DNA of 64,000 nucleotides from Alphaproteobacteria bacterium (GCA_017480745.1 JAFUSA010000031.1:13792-77791); one strand, 5' to 3'. Positions 9,196 through 20,071 are shown, counted from the first letter of the stretch. The notes: generated by a model not told the origin, from the letters alone. Made by a program: numbers and translations.

Positions 9196-11282
9196 TTTAA
9201 TTTTCCTTTCTTAATATCCAGCACCATCACACTCCACGCGGGAACACAAAACTTATCGGCCGTATTAAATTTAACATCGGTCATTATTGTTTCAGAACTA
9301 TCTAATAAAAGCGATACCTCCGCATTTTTACAAAATGCCGGTAACTGCCAATTTTCCTGATTGTTTGAAGCATTATAAATTATTAAATATGACTTATTTT
9401 CATTATAAACGAAACACCCCAAACTGTGGCGTTTTTCCAAATACCAATCATTATTTGTAAATTCCTTGCCCTCTTCGGTCAGCCAAATAATATCCTTTAT
9501 TTTATAGCGTGCATATTTTTCAATTACCTTACCGTCAAAAAATTTTTTACGAGCAAAAATTTTCATTTTTTTACGCAAATTAATAACTCGGCGCACATAG
9601 CGGGCAAAATCTTTATCTTGTTTGGTTATGGCTTCCCATACAATCCAAGTAATTACGTTGTCCTGACAATAAGGATTATTGTTACCAAACTGGGTATTGC
9701 CGAATTCATCTCCACAAACAATCATCGGCGTTCCAAATGACATCAGCAAAGTAGAAATCATCGCGCGAGCTCTTATTCGGCGATTTTCTGATATTGTAGA
9801 ATCATTGGTCAAGCCTTCTGCTCCGGAATTCCAGCTCCAATTAGCGTTATTGCCGTCACGGTTATCTTCACCGTTTACCATATTATGCTTTTCGTTATAG
9901 CTAACCAAATCACGCAAGTTAAAACCGTCATGAGAAGTTAAAAAATTTATGCTGCTCCAAATATTGCGGTTTACATAGCCGAAAATATCGCTTGAACCGC
10001 TTATACGGCTTGCAAACTCTCCGACTTGTTTATTATCTCCGCGCCAAAACCGCCGCACCACATCACGGTAACGATCATTCCATTCAAACCATCCCGGAGG
10101 GTAAGCTCCGATGCGATAACCATCCATTGTGGCATCCCATGGTTCGGCAATCATTTTAACATTGCGCAACACTTCATCTTGTCTAACAGCCAATAAAAAA
10201 CCGCTATCCTGAGTAAATTCTCCGCGCACACGGCTTAAGCTTGTTGCCAAATCCAAACGAAAACCGTCAACATGCATAACCTTAACCCAATACCGTAGTG
10301 AATCCATAACCAAAGTCAAAACATACGGATTTTGCAAATTAAACGAAGCTCCGCAACCTGTGCTATCATAATAAAAGCGTTTATTTTCCTGTAATGTATA
10401 ATAGCTTTCATTATCAATTCCGCGATAACAAATTGTCGGTCCCATCTGGTTGCCCTCAATGGTATGATTATACACCACATCTAAAATAACTTCTTTGTTG
10501 TTGGCGTGCAAAGCTTTAACCATTTGCTTAAATTCGTCTATATCATTATACGCCAAATACTTGGATTCGGGAATAAAATAAGAAAGTGTTTCATACCCCC
10601 AATAATTATCGATATACATTTCATCTTTATCACCGAAAAAAGAAAATACCGGCAATAACTCAACCGAAGTAACTCCCAACCAATTCAAATAATTTATAAC
10701 TCCGGTTTCTGTAAAACCTAAAAATTTTCCGCGATAACAGTTATGAACCTTAGGGTGCAACATAGTAAAACCACGCACATGAGTTTCATAAATTATTGTA
10801 TCTTCGGGTTTTATTTGCGGATGTTTATCATCACCCCAATCAAACAAATCGTTAACAACTACCGATTTCGGAACATACGGAGCGCTATCCATATCGTTAT
10901 AAGACAGATCTTTTTCTTCACTGTCAATATCATACCCGAACAGAGCTTTATGCCATATCAATTTGCCGATTAATTTTTTAGCATACGGATCAAGCAATAA
11001 TTTATGATGATTAAAGCGTTTACCTTCGGCCGGTTTATATGGTCCGTAAACCCTGTAACCATAGGCCTGTCCCGGACGCACCCCCTCTAAATAAATGTGC
11101 CATATGTTATTATCATTGCCAAACAGCTCAAAACGTTTTGTTTCAGTTGTTCCGCTACTGTCAAACAAACATAACTCAACTTTTTCGGCATGAGCGGAAA
11201 ACAGCGAAAAATTAACACCGTTTCCGTCGTATGTTGCCCCGAGAGGATAACTTTTACCACTTGAAATTTTTATTGCTGTCAT
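9192..11282 (-). CDS. glgX: Glycogen debranching enzyme
   Basis: YPLGATYDGNGVNFS, NYWGY, DVVYNHT, VDGFRLDLA and NNNPYCQDN motifs. Confidence 0.96.
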   Translation of the reverse strand: MTAIKISSGKSYPLGATYDGNGVNFSLFSAHAEKVELCLFDSSGTTETKRFELFGNDNNIWHIYLEGVRPGQAYGYRVYGPYKPAEGKRFNHHKLLLDPYAKKLIGKLIWHKALFGYDIDSEEKDLSYNDMDSAPYVPKSVVVNDLFDWGDDKHPQIKPEDTIIYETHVRGFTMLHPKVHNCYRGKFLGFTETGVINYLNWLGVTSVELLPVFSFFGDKDEMYIDNYWGYETLSYFIPESKYLAYNDIDEFKQMVKALHANNKEVILDVVYNHTIEGNQMGPTICYRGIDNESYYTLQENKRFYYDSTGCGASFNLQNPYVLTLVMDSLRYWVKVMHVDGFRLDLATSLSRVRGEFTQDSGFLLAVRQDEVLRNVKMIAEPWDATMDGYRIGAYPPGWFEWNDRYRDVVRRFWRGDNKQVGEFASRISGSSDIFGYVNRNIWSSINFLTSHDGFNLRDLVSYNEKHNMVNGEDNRDGNNANWSWNSGAEGLTNDSTISENRRIRARAMISTLLMSFGTPMIVCGDEFGNTQFGNNNPYCQDNVITWIVWEAITKQDKDFARYVRRVINLRKKMKIFARKKFFDGKVIEKYARYKIKDIIWLTEEGKEFTNNDWYLEKRHSLGCFVYNENKSYLIIYNASNNQENWQLPAFCKNAEVSLLLDSSETIMTDVKFNTADKFCVPAWSVMVLDIKKGKLK

Positions 11283-11289
11283 AACAATC

Positions 11290-13491
11290 CTATCTTATAG
11301 GTTTCAAAACAATGGTTGATAACGGCGGTAATATCAATTCTATTGAATAAGGGCGTCCGTTAACACCGTAATTTTGCGCCTGTTTAGCACCTTCATTACG
11401 CACACCGCTTCCCCAATAGTTTTTATCATCACTGTTAAAAATTTCCTGATATGCGCACGGTTCATAAACTCCCACGCGGAAATTATTACGCACCACCGGA
11501 GTAAAGTTGCAAATAACCAACAAATAATCTTCCTGATTATGACCTTTACGCATATATGAAATAACACTATCATCGCAATTTGCGTAGTCAATCCATTCAA
11601 ATCCGCGCGAATCAAAATCTTCTTCATACAGAGGTGCATTGCCTTTATACATCAGATTTAAATCTCTAACACAATTTTGCATTCCTCTATACATCGGGTA
11701 GTCAAGCAAGTGCCAACGCAAACTTTCATTACTGTTCCACTCCCAATCCTGACCAAATTCATTGCCCATAAATAACAATTTTTTCCCCGGATGTGTCCAC
11801 ATAAAACCGTAGTATGCGCGCAAATTAGCAAATTTTTGCCACTCATCTCCCGGCATTTTAGAAAGCATGGACCCCTTACCATGCACAACTTCATCATGTG
11901 AAATAGGCAAAATAAAATTTTCGTTAAAAGCATAGAGCAACCCAAAGGTTAACAAACCGTGATGATATTTTCTGTGCACCGGTTCATGACTGATATAGCG
12001 CAAAGTATCGTTCATCCACCCCATATTCCATTTATATCCGAATCCCAAACCGCCGGCAGAAACCGGACGAGATACCATAGGCCAAGCCGTTGATTCCTCT
12101 GCGGCAGAGAATGTGCCTTTGGATTCGCTGTATATCAACTCATTCATTTTGCGCAAAAAGGCAATGGCTTCCAAATTTTCATTACCACCGTAAACATTAG
12201 GAATCCACTCACCGGCTTTACGCGAATAATCTAAATAAAGCATGGAGGCCACGGCATCTACCCGCAACCCGTCAATATGAAACTCTTTAAGCCAATATAA
12301 AGCACTTACGCATAAAAAATTACAAACCTCGGTGCGCCCGAAATTATAAATTTTTGTTCCCCAATCAGGTTGTTCACCCTTGCGTCTGTCGGCGTGCTCA
12401 TATAAGCAAGTTCCATCAAACTCAGCCAAACCGTGAGCATCTTTCGGAAAATGTGCCGGCACCCAATCCATAATAACACCTATTCCGGCCTGATGAAATT
12501 TATCTATCATATAGCGGAAGTCGTCCGGTGTACCAAAACGAGAAGTAGGCGCAAACAACCCTGTTATCTGATATCCCCATGAGGCATCAAGAGGATGTTC
12601 GCACAATGGCATAAACTCAACGTGCGTAAATCCCATATTGCTGACATAAGGCACTAAACGATCGGCACATTCGCGATAATTCAAAAATTCGCAGCCATTA
12701 TCGCCTTTACGTCGCCATGATCCCAAATGCACTTCGTATATAGACATCGGTTTATCGTATGTATTGTTATTTTCCCGATAACGCATCCATTCGGAATCTT
12801 CCCAATTATAATGGTTAATATCAAACACTATGGAAGCATTTTTCGGTCTTACTTCGGAATATGTGCCAAACGGATCGGATTTGGTTAAGATATTATCATT
12901 TTGTGTTTTAATTTCAAATTTATAATATTCTCCTTCGGTCAAATTCGGAATAAATATATCCCATATACCGCAACTGATATGTTTGCGCATAACATTGATT
13001 CTGCCGTCCCAATTATTAAAATTGCCAACCACCGACACACGTTTGGCATTTGGCGCCCATACAGCAAAAGCTACACCCTTCACTCCGTCCATTTCCATAA
13101 TATGGGAGCCTAATTTTTTATATATTTCACGATGATTCCCTTGCGCAAACAAATATTCGTCTATATCGCCGATACAAGAAGGAAATCTGTAAGTATCTTC
13201 GGCAACATATATATTACCTTGATCGTTGGTTATTCTGAGTTTATAGGCAAAATACTCCGTTTTATCTGAGTTTAATTGAAAAAATCCACGCTCATCTAAT
13301 TTAGCCATTTCTCCGAGCGATTCACCATTTTCAGCAATCACCTCTATTTTATCGGCAAAAGGCTGATACACACGAATAAAAACTTTTTTTGAACCTTTAT
13401 CACGATGTATACCCAAAACAGCAAAAACATTTCCGTGATCGCCGTTAATAACAGCTTTTGTTTCTTCTTCCGACAGCAAATTATCCATCAT
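11290..13491 (-). CDS. glgB: 1,4-alpha-glucan branching enzyme
   Basis: FAVWAPNA, IYEVHLGSW, DGLRVDAVASMLYLDYSR and SHDEVVHGKGS motifs. Confidence 0.97.
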   Translation of the reverse strand: MMDNLLSEEETKAVINGDHGNVFAVLGIHRDKGSKKVFIRVYQPFADKIEVIAENGESLGEMAKLDERGFFQLNSDKTEYFAYKLRITNDQGNIYVAEDTYRFPSCIGDIDEYLFAQGNHREIYKKLGSHIMEMDGVKGVAFAVWAPNAKRVSVVGNFNNWDGRINVMRKHISCGIWDIFIPNLTEGEYYKFEIKTQNDNILTKSDPFGTYSEVRPKNASIVFDINHYNWEDSEWMRYRENNNTYDKPMSIYEVHLGSWRRKGDNGCEFLNYRECADRLVPYVSNMGFTHVEFMPLCEHPLDASWGYQITGLFAPTSRFGTPDDFRYMIDKFHQAGIGVIMDWVPAHFPKDAHGLAEFDGTCLYEHADRRKGEQPDWGTKIYNFGRTEVCNFLCVSALYWLKEFHIDGLRVDAVASMLYLDYSRKAGEWIPNVYGGNENLEAIAFLRKMNELIYSESKGTFSAAEESTAWPMVSRPVSAGGLGFGYKWNMGWMNDTLRYISHEPVHRKYHHGLLTFGLLYAFNENFILPISHDEVVHGKGSMLSKMPGDEWQKFANLRAYYGFMWTHPGKKLLFMGNEFGQDWEWNSNESLRWHLLDYPMYRGMQNCVRDLNLMYKGNAPLYEEDFDSRGFEWIDYANCDDSVISYMRKGHNQEDYLLVICNFTPVVRNNFRVGVYEPCAYQEIFNSDDKNYWGSGVRNEGAKQAQNYGVNGRPYSIELILPPLSTIVLKPIR

Positions 13492-13781
13492 AAACTCCTA
13501 TACTTAACCATAAATAATAAAACTGCGATTCCTTAAAATCTTTGTATATATCTATACATATATATCCGACAAATTGCAAGTAAAATTATCTTTTAAGAAG
13601 AATATTTTTTAATTTGTTTACCGGATAAATATAAGTATAAATTTCGCTCAAAAAAGTCTATATTTTGTCATTATTTCGCTTAGTGAAAAATATTTAAAAA
13701 AATATACTTTAAACTATTGACGCATAAAAAAAAAAGATATACATTATGCCTTGTTGAAACTTAATTTAGCGGAGAATTAAA

Positions 13782-14027
13782 ATGAATAAAAATTATAACG
13801 AAAATTCAATTCGTGAAGCTGCTTACTATTGTTGGCAAAACGCCGGTTGCCCAAGCGGAAAAGACGAATACTTCTGGAATATGGCTATCAACCAATTATA
13901 CGGCTGCAACTGCTCTTCTTCTTGCAAAAGTTCCAAATCTTCTGTTAGCAAGAGCTCATCGGCCAAAGCATCTTCTTCTGCAAGCACAGCCAAAAAAGCT
14001 TCGGCAAGCAGCAAAAGCAAAAAATAG
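13782..14027 (+). CDS. DUF2934-like small protein with Ser/Lys-rich tail
   Basis: IREAAYYCWQNAGCPSGKDEYFWNMA resembles the DUF2934 pattern; GGAG SD; terminator follows. Confidence 0.75.
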   Translation: MNKNYNENSIREAAYYCWQNAGCPSGKDEYFWNMAINQLYGCNCSSSCKSSKSSVSKSSSAKASSSASTAKKASASSKSKK

Positions 14028-14053
14028 TTTTTAATAGTAAATCGCTATTATAG

Positions 14054-14083
14054 AAAAAACCTGTCGTTTTCGGCAGGTTTTTC
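14054..14083 (+). terminator. Intrinsic terminator
   Basis: AAAAACCTGTCG-TTTT-CGGCAGGTTTTT. Confidence 0.75.
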
Positions 14084-14185
14084 TTATTTATTTACAGTTA
14101 TGCACAAATTTTGTTTTCTTTTTTTGTATAAAATTAAATTATCTCCAATAATTTGTCGCAAATATTCTGCTTTCTTATTTTTGCA

Positions 14186-14211
14186 AAAAGCCGCCTCAAA
14201 CAGGCGGCTTT
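14186..14211 (-). terminator. rpsU terminator
   Basis: AAAGCCGCCT-CAAAC-AGGCGGCTTT. Confidence 0.75.
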
Positions 14212-14230
14212 CATAAAAATTTCTATTAAA

Positions 14231-14437
14231 TTAGAAACCTTCAGCGTCTAAGCGTTTACGCATTTGTTTACGAGCACGACGAACGGCCTCGGCTTTACGG
14301 CGAGCTTTCTTTTCGCTGTTTTTCTCATGACAACGGCGTAATTTCATCTCACGGAAAACACCTTCTCTTTGCATTTTCTTTTTCAAGATTTTCAAAGATT
14401 GGTTTACATCGTTTCCGATAACGGTTACTTGTACCAC
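14231..14437 (-). CDS. rpsU: 30S ribosomal protein S21
   Basis: [23 protein letters not shown], alphaproteobacterial S21 pattern. Confidence 0.95.
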   Translation of the reverse strand: MVQVTVIGNDVNQSLKILKKKMQREGVFREMKLRRCHEKNSEKKARRKAEAVRRARKQMRKRLDAEGF

Positions 14438-14533
14438 TTAAATCACCCCTTTCTGATTTTCTTAAAGGTTAATACAAATTTTCGCCCTATATAACACGGC
14501 AATTTTTATTTTGCAAGCATAAATTTAAATTTT

Positions 14534-14746
14534 TTATGCAATTATGTTCGGATTAATAGATTCTTCCACCTTAGTTATTTTCTTAGCCAAACCGCTTTTC
14601 AAATTACTAAGTTGCTTTGCCTTGAAAAAATCAATCGTTTTACCTTGTTTTAAAAGCCTTGACATATCATTGTTAACATGTCTTTGTTCCAACTTCAATT
14701 CACATAATAAAAGTTGCAACTTAGCCGATTTATCGTTCATATTCAT
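14534..14746 (-). CDS. Small coiled-coil protein, DUF465/YdcH-like
   Basis: ELKLEQR...INPNIIA resembles alphaproteobacterial DUF465 proteins ending PDIIA. Confidence 0.6.
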   Translation of the reverse strand: MNMNDKSAKLQLLLCELKLEQRHVNNDMSRLLKQGKTIDFFKAKQLSNLKSGLAKKITKVEESINPNIIA

Positions 14747-14861
14747 ATTAAGTCATAGTCCTTTTCAACAATTTAAAGTGTAAACTTTATTTTTTTTGTG
14801 GTAAAATGATTATTAATCGTTTAAGAGTATACAGTATTTTTTAAAAGATTGCAACAAAAAA

Positions 14862-15950
14862 ATGGAGAATTTGATGAATAAAATTAAAAAAATAGGTATA
14901 TTAACCAGTGGTGGCGATTGTGCCGGTCTTAATGCGGTGATTATGTCGGTAGTTAACGCTGCAACGCGCCAAGGGTGGGAAGTTTACGGTATTCATGACG
15001 GCACTGACGGTTTAACCAACCGCCCGCTTTCATACGAAGTTTTAACCGAAAATAATTTTTCTAATTCTCCATGGCCGCGCTTATCCGGTTCCTATTTAGG
15101 CTCGCTTAATACCGGAGTTAAAGAAACGCCAGAAGTTTTGGCTCAGCGTTTCGGTGAAGGTGTGCGCGAATTAGGACTCGATGCCGTAGTGGTTGTCGGC
15201 GGTGATGGCAGTATGAACATTGTAAGCGGATATTGTAAGGCTGCCGGTGTTAAAATGGTCGGAGTACCGAAAACTATTGACAACGACACTCCTTTAACCG
15301 AATTTTCCGTTGGCTTTAATACTGCTTGTCAGGCTTGTACCAATGCTTTGGACGATTTAATGCTTACGGCTCGTTCACACCATCGCGCTCTTATTTTGGA
15401 AGTTATGGGACGTGATGCCGGACATCTGGCTATGCACTCGGCAGTTGCCGGATTCGCTGATGTTTGTTTGGTTCCGGAAATACCATACACCTTGGACGGT
15501 ATTATTGCCAAATTAGAAGAAGTTAAACAAAGCGGACGCACAAGTGCTTTGATTGTAGTTTCCGAAGGTGTTAAAACAGAAACAGGTGAAGCGGTTACCG
15601 GTGCGGTTAATATGGTTGGCGAAAAAATCAATGGTGGAATCGGCGAATATTTGAGCAACTTGATTAACAAAAATTATAAAGGTTTCCAAACACGTGTTAC
15701 AAAATTAGGACACGTTCAACGTTCGGGAAATCCGACATCTTTTGATCGTGGATTGGCCGTTGTTTTGGGTGCCGAAGCAATTCGCCTGTTGGCAGAAGGT
15801 CAAACCGACATTATGGTAGGACTTGCCGGCGGCAAGGTTACCTCTTTTGCCTTAGATAAAGTTGTTGAAGCCGGAACCACAGGATTGAATGAAAACAGTC
15901 CGTATGTTAAAGCGGCTCGCGCCATTGGCATCTATGTCGGTGAAAAATAA
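14862..15950 (+). CDS. pfkA: 6-phosphofructokinase
   Basis: GILTSGGDCAGLN, GGDGS, PKTIDND, EVMGRDAG and LGHVQR motifs. Confidence 0.95.
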   Translation: MENLMNKIKKIGILTSGGDCAGLNAVIMSVVNAATRQGWEVYGIHDGTDGLTNRPLSYEVLTENNFSNSPWPRLSGSYLGSLNTGVKETPEVLAQRFGEGVRELGLDAVVVVGGDGSMNIVSGYCKAAGVKMVGVPKTIDNDTPLTEFSVGFNTACQACTNALDDLMLTARSHHRALILEVMGRDAGHLAMHSAVAGFADVCLVPEIPYTLDGIIAKLEEVKQSGRTSALIVVSEGVKTETGEAVTGAVNMVGEKINGGIGEYLSNLINKNYKGFQTRVTKLGHVQRSGNPTSFDRGLAVVLGAEAIRLLAEGQTDIMVGLAGGKVTSFALDKVVEAGTTGLNENSPYVKAARAIGIYVGEK

Positions 15951-16067
15951 TTTTGCTTTATATAATCAAAAAAACGTCCGATTCGTTGGACGTTTTTTTG
16001 TATTGAGAAAAATTTTTCATCTACGTTTTTAACTTGAAAACCGTGCTTTGCTGAATATATTTGCAAC

Positions 16068-16970
16068 ATGCTATGGGTGTTTTTGAGCTTGGTTTACGGA
16101 ATATTTACGGCAATTTATATGCTGTTTAATCAACACTATAAAATCAACGGCTATATTTTGGGGATATGGCGTGGTTTCGGGATATGCGCCCTGTTTTTGC
16201 CACTACTGTTTGTCGTAGCGATTCCAAATCAACCGCATTACTGGATTTTATTAGCAATACAGGGAGTATGTATAGGTGTGTATGATTCCAACATATTTTT
16301 CAATTCTGCACGTTTTGGCGCCGGTCCCACCTCGCGATTTATGGCAGTTACGGTGCTATTAACGGCTTTTATATGGTGGTTGCTTACTCCGCAAAAGTTT
16401 TTTGGATTATTGCAAAACGGTAAAATTATGTCGGTGTTAATGTTTATTTTGTGTGGATTTACCTTTTTTTATTGGCAAATGTTACAAAATGAAGTTTCGC
16501 GACAAGTTGCGAAAGCAACAATGCCGGCTGTACTTGCGCTTGCCGCCATGAGCATCATAACCAAATATATCGCCGAATCTGGAAATTCAGTGTATCAGGG
16601 GCTTTTTTATTATTTAACGGTTTCAACTTTTATAAGCGGAATATATAACTTATTGTTATATCTATGGCAAAATCGCAAACTTAAAGCGACGGCTTTGAGG
16701 CAGATTATTGCACCGAAAATGCACCGCATCGGTGCTTATTTAATAACATTCAGTTCGGTACTGATTGCAGCAAAAACATTGGCGTTACGACTGGCACCGA
16801 ATCCGGCATATGTTATTGCCCTATTACTGATTGCTCCTCTGTTTATATATTTATTTAACCGCAATCAAAAAATTGCCGACAACATATCTGTCAAGGCAGG
16901 ATTTGCCATGATAGCTTTTTTGTTGGCGCTGATTATTTTGGTAACCGGCAACTTCGGAATAACGGATTAG
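16068..16970 (+). CDS. Multi-pass membrane protein, possibly DMT/EamA-like
   Basis: About ten hydrophobic helices in 300 aa. Confidence 0.6.
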   Translation: MLWVFLSLVYGIFTAIYMLFNQHYKINGYILGIWRGFGICALFLPLLFVVAIPNQPHYWILLAIQGVCIGVYDSNIFFNSARFGAGPTSRFMAVTVLLTAFIWWLLTPQKFFGLLQNGKIMSVLMFILCGFTFFYWQMLQNEVSRQVAKATMPAVLALAAMSIITKYIAESGNSVYQGLFYYLTVSTFISGIYNLLLYLWQNRKLKATALRQIIAPKMHRIGAYLITFSSVLIAAKTLALRLAPNPAYVIALLLIAPLFIYLFNRNQKIADNISVKAGFAMIAFLLALIILVTGNFGITD

Positions 16971-17023
16971 TCACGACAAAATTAACCGTTTATAACATAT
17001 CTTATGAAAAAATACTATAATAC

Positions 17024-17617
17024 CTACAACTCCTTGCGGGCGGAAAGGGCAAGCTGAATGGTTCCGTCATCCATATAATCTAATTCCGCCCCCATCGGCA
17101 AACCTTGTGCCAAAGTAGTTACTTCTAACGGATATTCCTTTAAGCGTGAAAGCAAATAATGATTGGTGATTTGCCCGTCAACGGTTGCCGGCAAGGCCAA
17201 AATAACTTCTTTTATATTGCCCTGATTCAGGCGATTAAACAGGCTTTCTATATTCAAATCGTTTGGCGTAATACCATCCAGCGCAGATAAAATACCACCC
17301 AAAACATGATATTGCCCGCGATAAACACCAACCCGTTCCATTGCCCATAAATCCGCCACATCCTGCACAACACACAAAGTTTCCGTATCACGGCTTTTAT
17401 CAGCACAAACCGCACAAGGTTCTTGTGTGTCAAAATTACCGCAAATCGGACATTTTTTTATATTATCGGCCATATTTTGCAATGCGTCAATCAGAGGCAA
17501 TAACACCGTATCTTTCTTTTTGAGTAAGTGCAAAACAATGCGTCGTGCCGAACGTGAGCCCAAGGCCGGCAATTTAGCAATTATTTTAATTAGTTTTTCA
17601 ATATCATTACCCTGCAA
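17024..17617 (-). CDS. recR: Recombination mediator RecR
   Basis: LPALGSRSARR, C4 zinc finger CPICGN...CAVC, Toprim YHVLGG. Confidence 0.96.
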   Translation of the reverse strand: MQGNDIEKLIKIIAKLPALGSRSARRIVLHLLKKKDTVLLPLIDALQNMADNIKKCPICGNFDTQEPCAVCADKSRDTETLCVVQDVADLWAMERVGVYRGQYHVLGGILSALDGITPNDLNIESLFNRLNQGNIKEVILALPATVDGQITNHYLLSRLKEYPLEVTTLAQGLPMGAELDYMDDGTIQLALSARKEL

Positions 17618-17629
17618 GGCGGGAACTCC

Positions 17630-17950
17630 TTAAAACGGCAGCTTCAACCCACCCAAGCCGATTCCGTTGGTGGCTTCTTTCATGCCTTCTTCCATCATGC
17701 AATCTATTTGCTTATGGGCATCATTATAAGCGGCTAAAATCAAATCTTCTAACACATCAGCATCTTCGCCGTTTAACAAAGATTTATCTATACTGATACT
17801 CTTCATCTCCGATTTACCGTTCAGCACGACTTTAACCATATTACCGCCGCTTGTGCCTTCGCGTGTTTGTTCACCCAATTTGGCTTGTGTTTCTTGCATT
17901 TTGCGTTGCATTTGTTGAGCTTGTTTCATCATAGACTGTAAATTAAGCAT
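17630..17950 (-). CDS. ybaB: YbaB/EbfC nucleoid-associated protein
   Basis: MMKQAQQMQ, SGGNMVKV, LEDLILAA; conserved dnaX-ybaB-recR order. Confidence 0.94.
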   Translation of the reverse strand: MLNLQSMMKQAQQMQRKMQETQAKLGEQTREGTSGGNMVKVVLNGKSEMKSISIDKSLLNGEDADVLEDLILAAYNDAHKQIDCMMEEGMKEATNGIGLGGLKLPF

Positions 17951-17953
17951 TTT

Positions 17954-19648
17954 TTATTCCTCATCGTTATAATTGTTAAAACTTTCCGCGCTAAATTCAG
18001 CTGGATTTTCATCTTCTGCCGCTTCAACGCTTTTGTGAATTATTGTTTCTATTTTAGCTCCGTTAAATTCATCCAGTATAGCTTTTACTAACGGATATTC
18101 AGAGATATTTTTGCAATTTTGCTCTAAATCCTTGCGCTCCAAAAACGCCAAAGTTTCACCAAGCGGCTCATAGTCTATATTTATTTTCCATTCTGTGCCG
18201 GTTTCTTTTTGCAAAAACTTGCGCAAGTTGGCAATTAAATCTTTTGGAGCATTCAATGATAATGATATGCTCATTTCGCCATGACTAAACGAGTGAAACG
18301 ACATATCATTTTTCAGCGAAAAACATAACAATGGCTGACGGTTTGCCGTTAAAAGCTTAACCAAATCTTCCGGAGTTTGCAAAACAATATTTTTTTCTGC
18401 CGAATCAGCAATAATTTCCGTTGCGTCACCTGATACATCAATTTTTACAGACGCATTATTCAGTCCGGATTTTTTTTTTAATTCCTTCAGCAATTCTGCA
18501 GGACTCGGAAGACTGGCGGAATAGGCTATGCGTAGCAGTATCATTTCCAGCGCATCTATCTGCACTGTGGCATATTGCAGCTCACTAAGCCCCTTTATCA
18601 GCATTTGCCAAATTTTAGAGAGAATATTTATCGGCACGGCGTTAAGTTTTTTACACATTTCGCGATCAGTTTCGCTCAAAGACGAATCGCCCATAAAATC
18701 CGGTAAAATTTTCACTTTTGCCACTAAGTGGGTTATATCAATCATATCCTGCAAAACCAAAAGCGGTGATGCCCCGTTTTCATATAAGATGTGCAAATTT
18801 TGCAACACTGCGGCAATATCGCCTTCTAACAATTTTTCATACAAAGCAAAAGTTTGCTGTCTGTCGGCTAAACCAAGCATATTTTTAACGGTTGCATAAT
18901 CAATTTTTCCATTTCCCAAAACAATGGCTTGATCAAGCATCGAAAGCCCGTCACGAGCCGAACCGTCCGCCGCGCGAGCAACACTGTGCAAAGCTTGTTC
19001 GTCGGCACTTATATTTTCTGCCAGCAAAATTTTATTAAACAGATTCATCAAAGTTTCAATGCTCAAACGTTGCAAATCAAAACGTTGACAACGCGACAAA
19101 ATAGTTACCGGAACCTTGCGAATTTCAGTAGTAGCAAAAATAAACTTAACATGTGCCGGCGGCTCTTCCAAAGTTTTAAGCAAGGCATTAAACGCACTCT
19201 TGGAAAGCATGTGAACTTCATCGATTATATAAACTTTATAGCGTGCATTAGTTGGTTTATAGCGCACACCGTCCAAAATTTCGCGCATATCATCGACACC
19301 GGTTTTGGAAGCAGCATCTAATTCAATAACATCAATATGTCTTCCGGCGGCAATGGCTTTGCAATTTTCACACACTCCGCATGGATGAATGGTCGGACCT
19401 CCGTTACCATCCGCGCCCAAACAATTTATGGCACGTGCAATCAAGCGCGCTGTGGTTGTTTTGCCAACTCCGCGAATTCCGGTCAATATATAAGCATGGT
19501 GCAAGCGATTGTTTTGAATGGCATTCGTAAGTGTTTGCACCAAAGCATCCTGCCCCAGCAGATCCTCAAAGTTCTGCGGGCGATATTTGCGAGCTAACGC
19601 GATATATTGATTTTCCGTTTCTGCCATTTTTTCAATCTGTTTTAACAT
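17954..19648 (-). CDS. dnaX: DNA polymerase III subunits gamma/tau (start may be ATG at 19627)
   Basis: LARKYRP, GIRGVGKTT, IDEVHMLS and TILSRCQRF motifs. Confidence 0.97.
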   Translation of the reverse strand: MLKQIEKMAETENQYIALARKYRPQNFEDLLGQDALVQTLTNAIQNNRLHHAYILTGIRGVGKTTTARLIARAINCLGADGNGGPTIHPCGVCENCKAIAAGRHIDVIELDAASKTGVDDMREILDGVRYKPTNARYKVYIIDEVHMLSKSAFNALLKTLEEPPAHVKFIFATTEIRKVPVTILSRCQRFDLQRLSIETLMNLFNKILLAENISADEQALHSVARAADGSARDGLSMLDQAIVLGNGKIDYATVKNMLGLADRQQTFALYEKLLEGDIAAVLQNLHILYENGASPLLVLQDMIDITHLVAKVKILPDFMGDSSLSETDREMCKKLNAVPINILSKIWQMLIKGLSELQYATVQIDALEMILLRIAYSASLPSPAELLKELKKKSGLNNASVKIDVSGDATEIIADSAEKNIVLQTPEDLVKLLTANRQPLLCFSLKNDMSFHSFSHGEMSISLSLNAPKDLIANLRKFLQKETGTEWKINIDYEPLGETLAFLERKDLEQNCKNISEYPLVKAILDEFNGAKIETIIHKSVEAAEDENPAEFSAESFNNYNDEE

Positions 19649-19650
19649 GG

Positions 19651-19738
19651 TGGAGAGACCCAGACCCTGACATTATCGTTACGGCTGCTTTCTTCCGAAC
19701 CTGACCGGATTGGCGACTTTTCAACCCTGAGCCCTCCA
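19651..19738 (-). ncRNA. ffs: Signal recognition particle 4.5S RNA
   Basis: Minus-strand hairpin TGGAGGGCTCAG...CTGGGTCTCTCCA with domain IV motif GTCAGGTTCGGAAGAAAGCAGC; upstream of dnaX as usual. Confidence 0.92.
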
Positions 19739-19866
19739 AACACAGGTATCGCGCAAAAACACCCTAATTGCAAGCAAAAAAGCAGATTATTGCACATCAA
19801 AAAATCTTCAATTTTCCGATAAATTTTAAAAATCACAACAAAAAAAGAGGGCGAACCCTCTTAAAG

Positions 19867-19955
19867 TGGCGGAACGTATAGGACTCGAACCTATGCATCC
19901 TTTTAACGGGATGACGGATTAGCAATCCGCTGCATTACCACTCTGCCAACGTTCC
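19867..19955 (-). tRNA. tRNA-Ser (GCT)
   Basis: Acceptor GGAACGT/ACGTTCC-G-CCA, anticodon arm GCGGA-TTGCTAA-TCCGT, long variable arm, GGTTCGAGTCC T arm. Confidence 0.96.
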
Positions 19956-20045
19956 GTAACGCTTTTGTTATACACTGTTAAAAGCGAATGTCAAGATTAT
20001 TTTTTTAAAACTGTTATTAAGTTTATCACGGGTTTGTTTAATAGC

Positions 20046-20071
20046 AAAAAGCCGAGCAAAGCCCGGCTTTT
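20046..20071 (-). terminator. Terminator after the leaderless pilin
   Basis: AAAAGCCG...CGGCTTTT inverted repeat. Confidence 0.7.

Noticed and set aside
14098-14106. DnaA-box-like TTATGCACA as a replication origin
   Set aside because: Single imperfect box between two terminators, with no cluster of boxes or oriC-linked genes.
19642-19836. 64-aa ORF upstream of dnaX
   Set aside because: It overlaps the SRP RNA gene, which explains the sequence.
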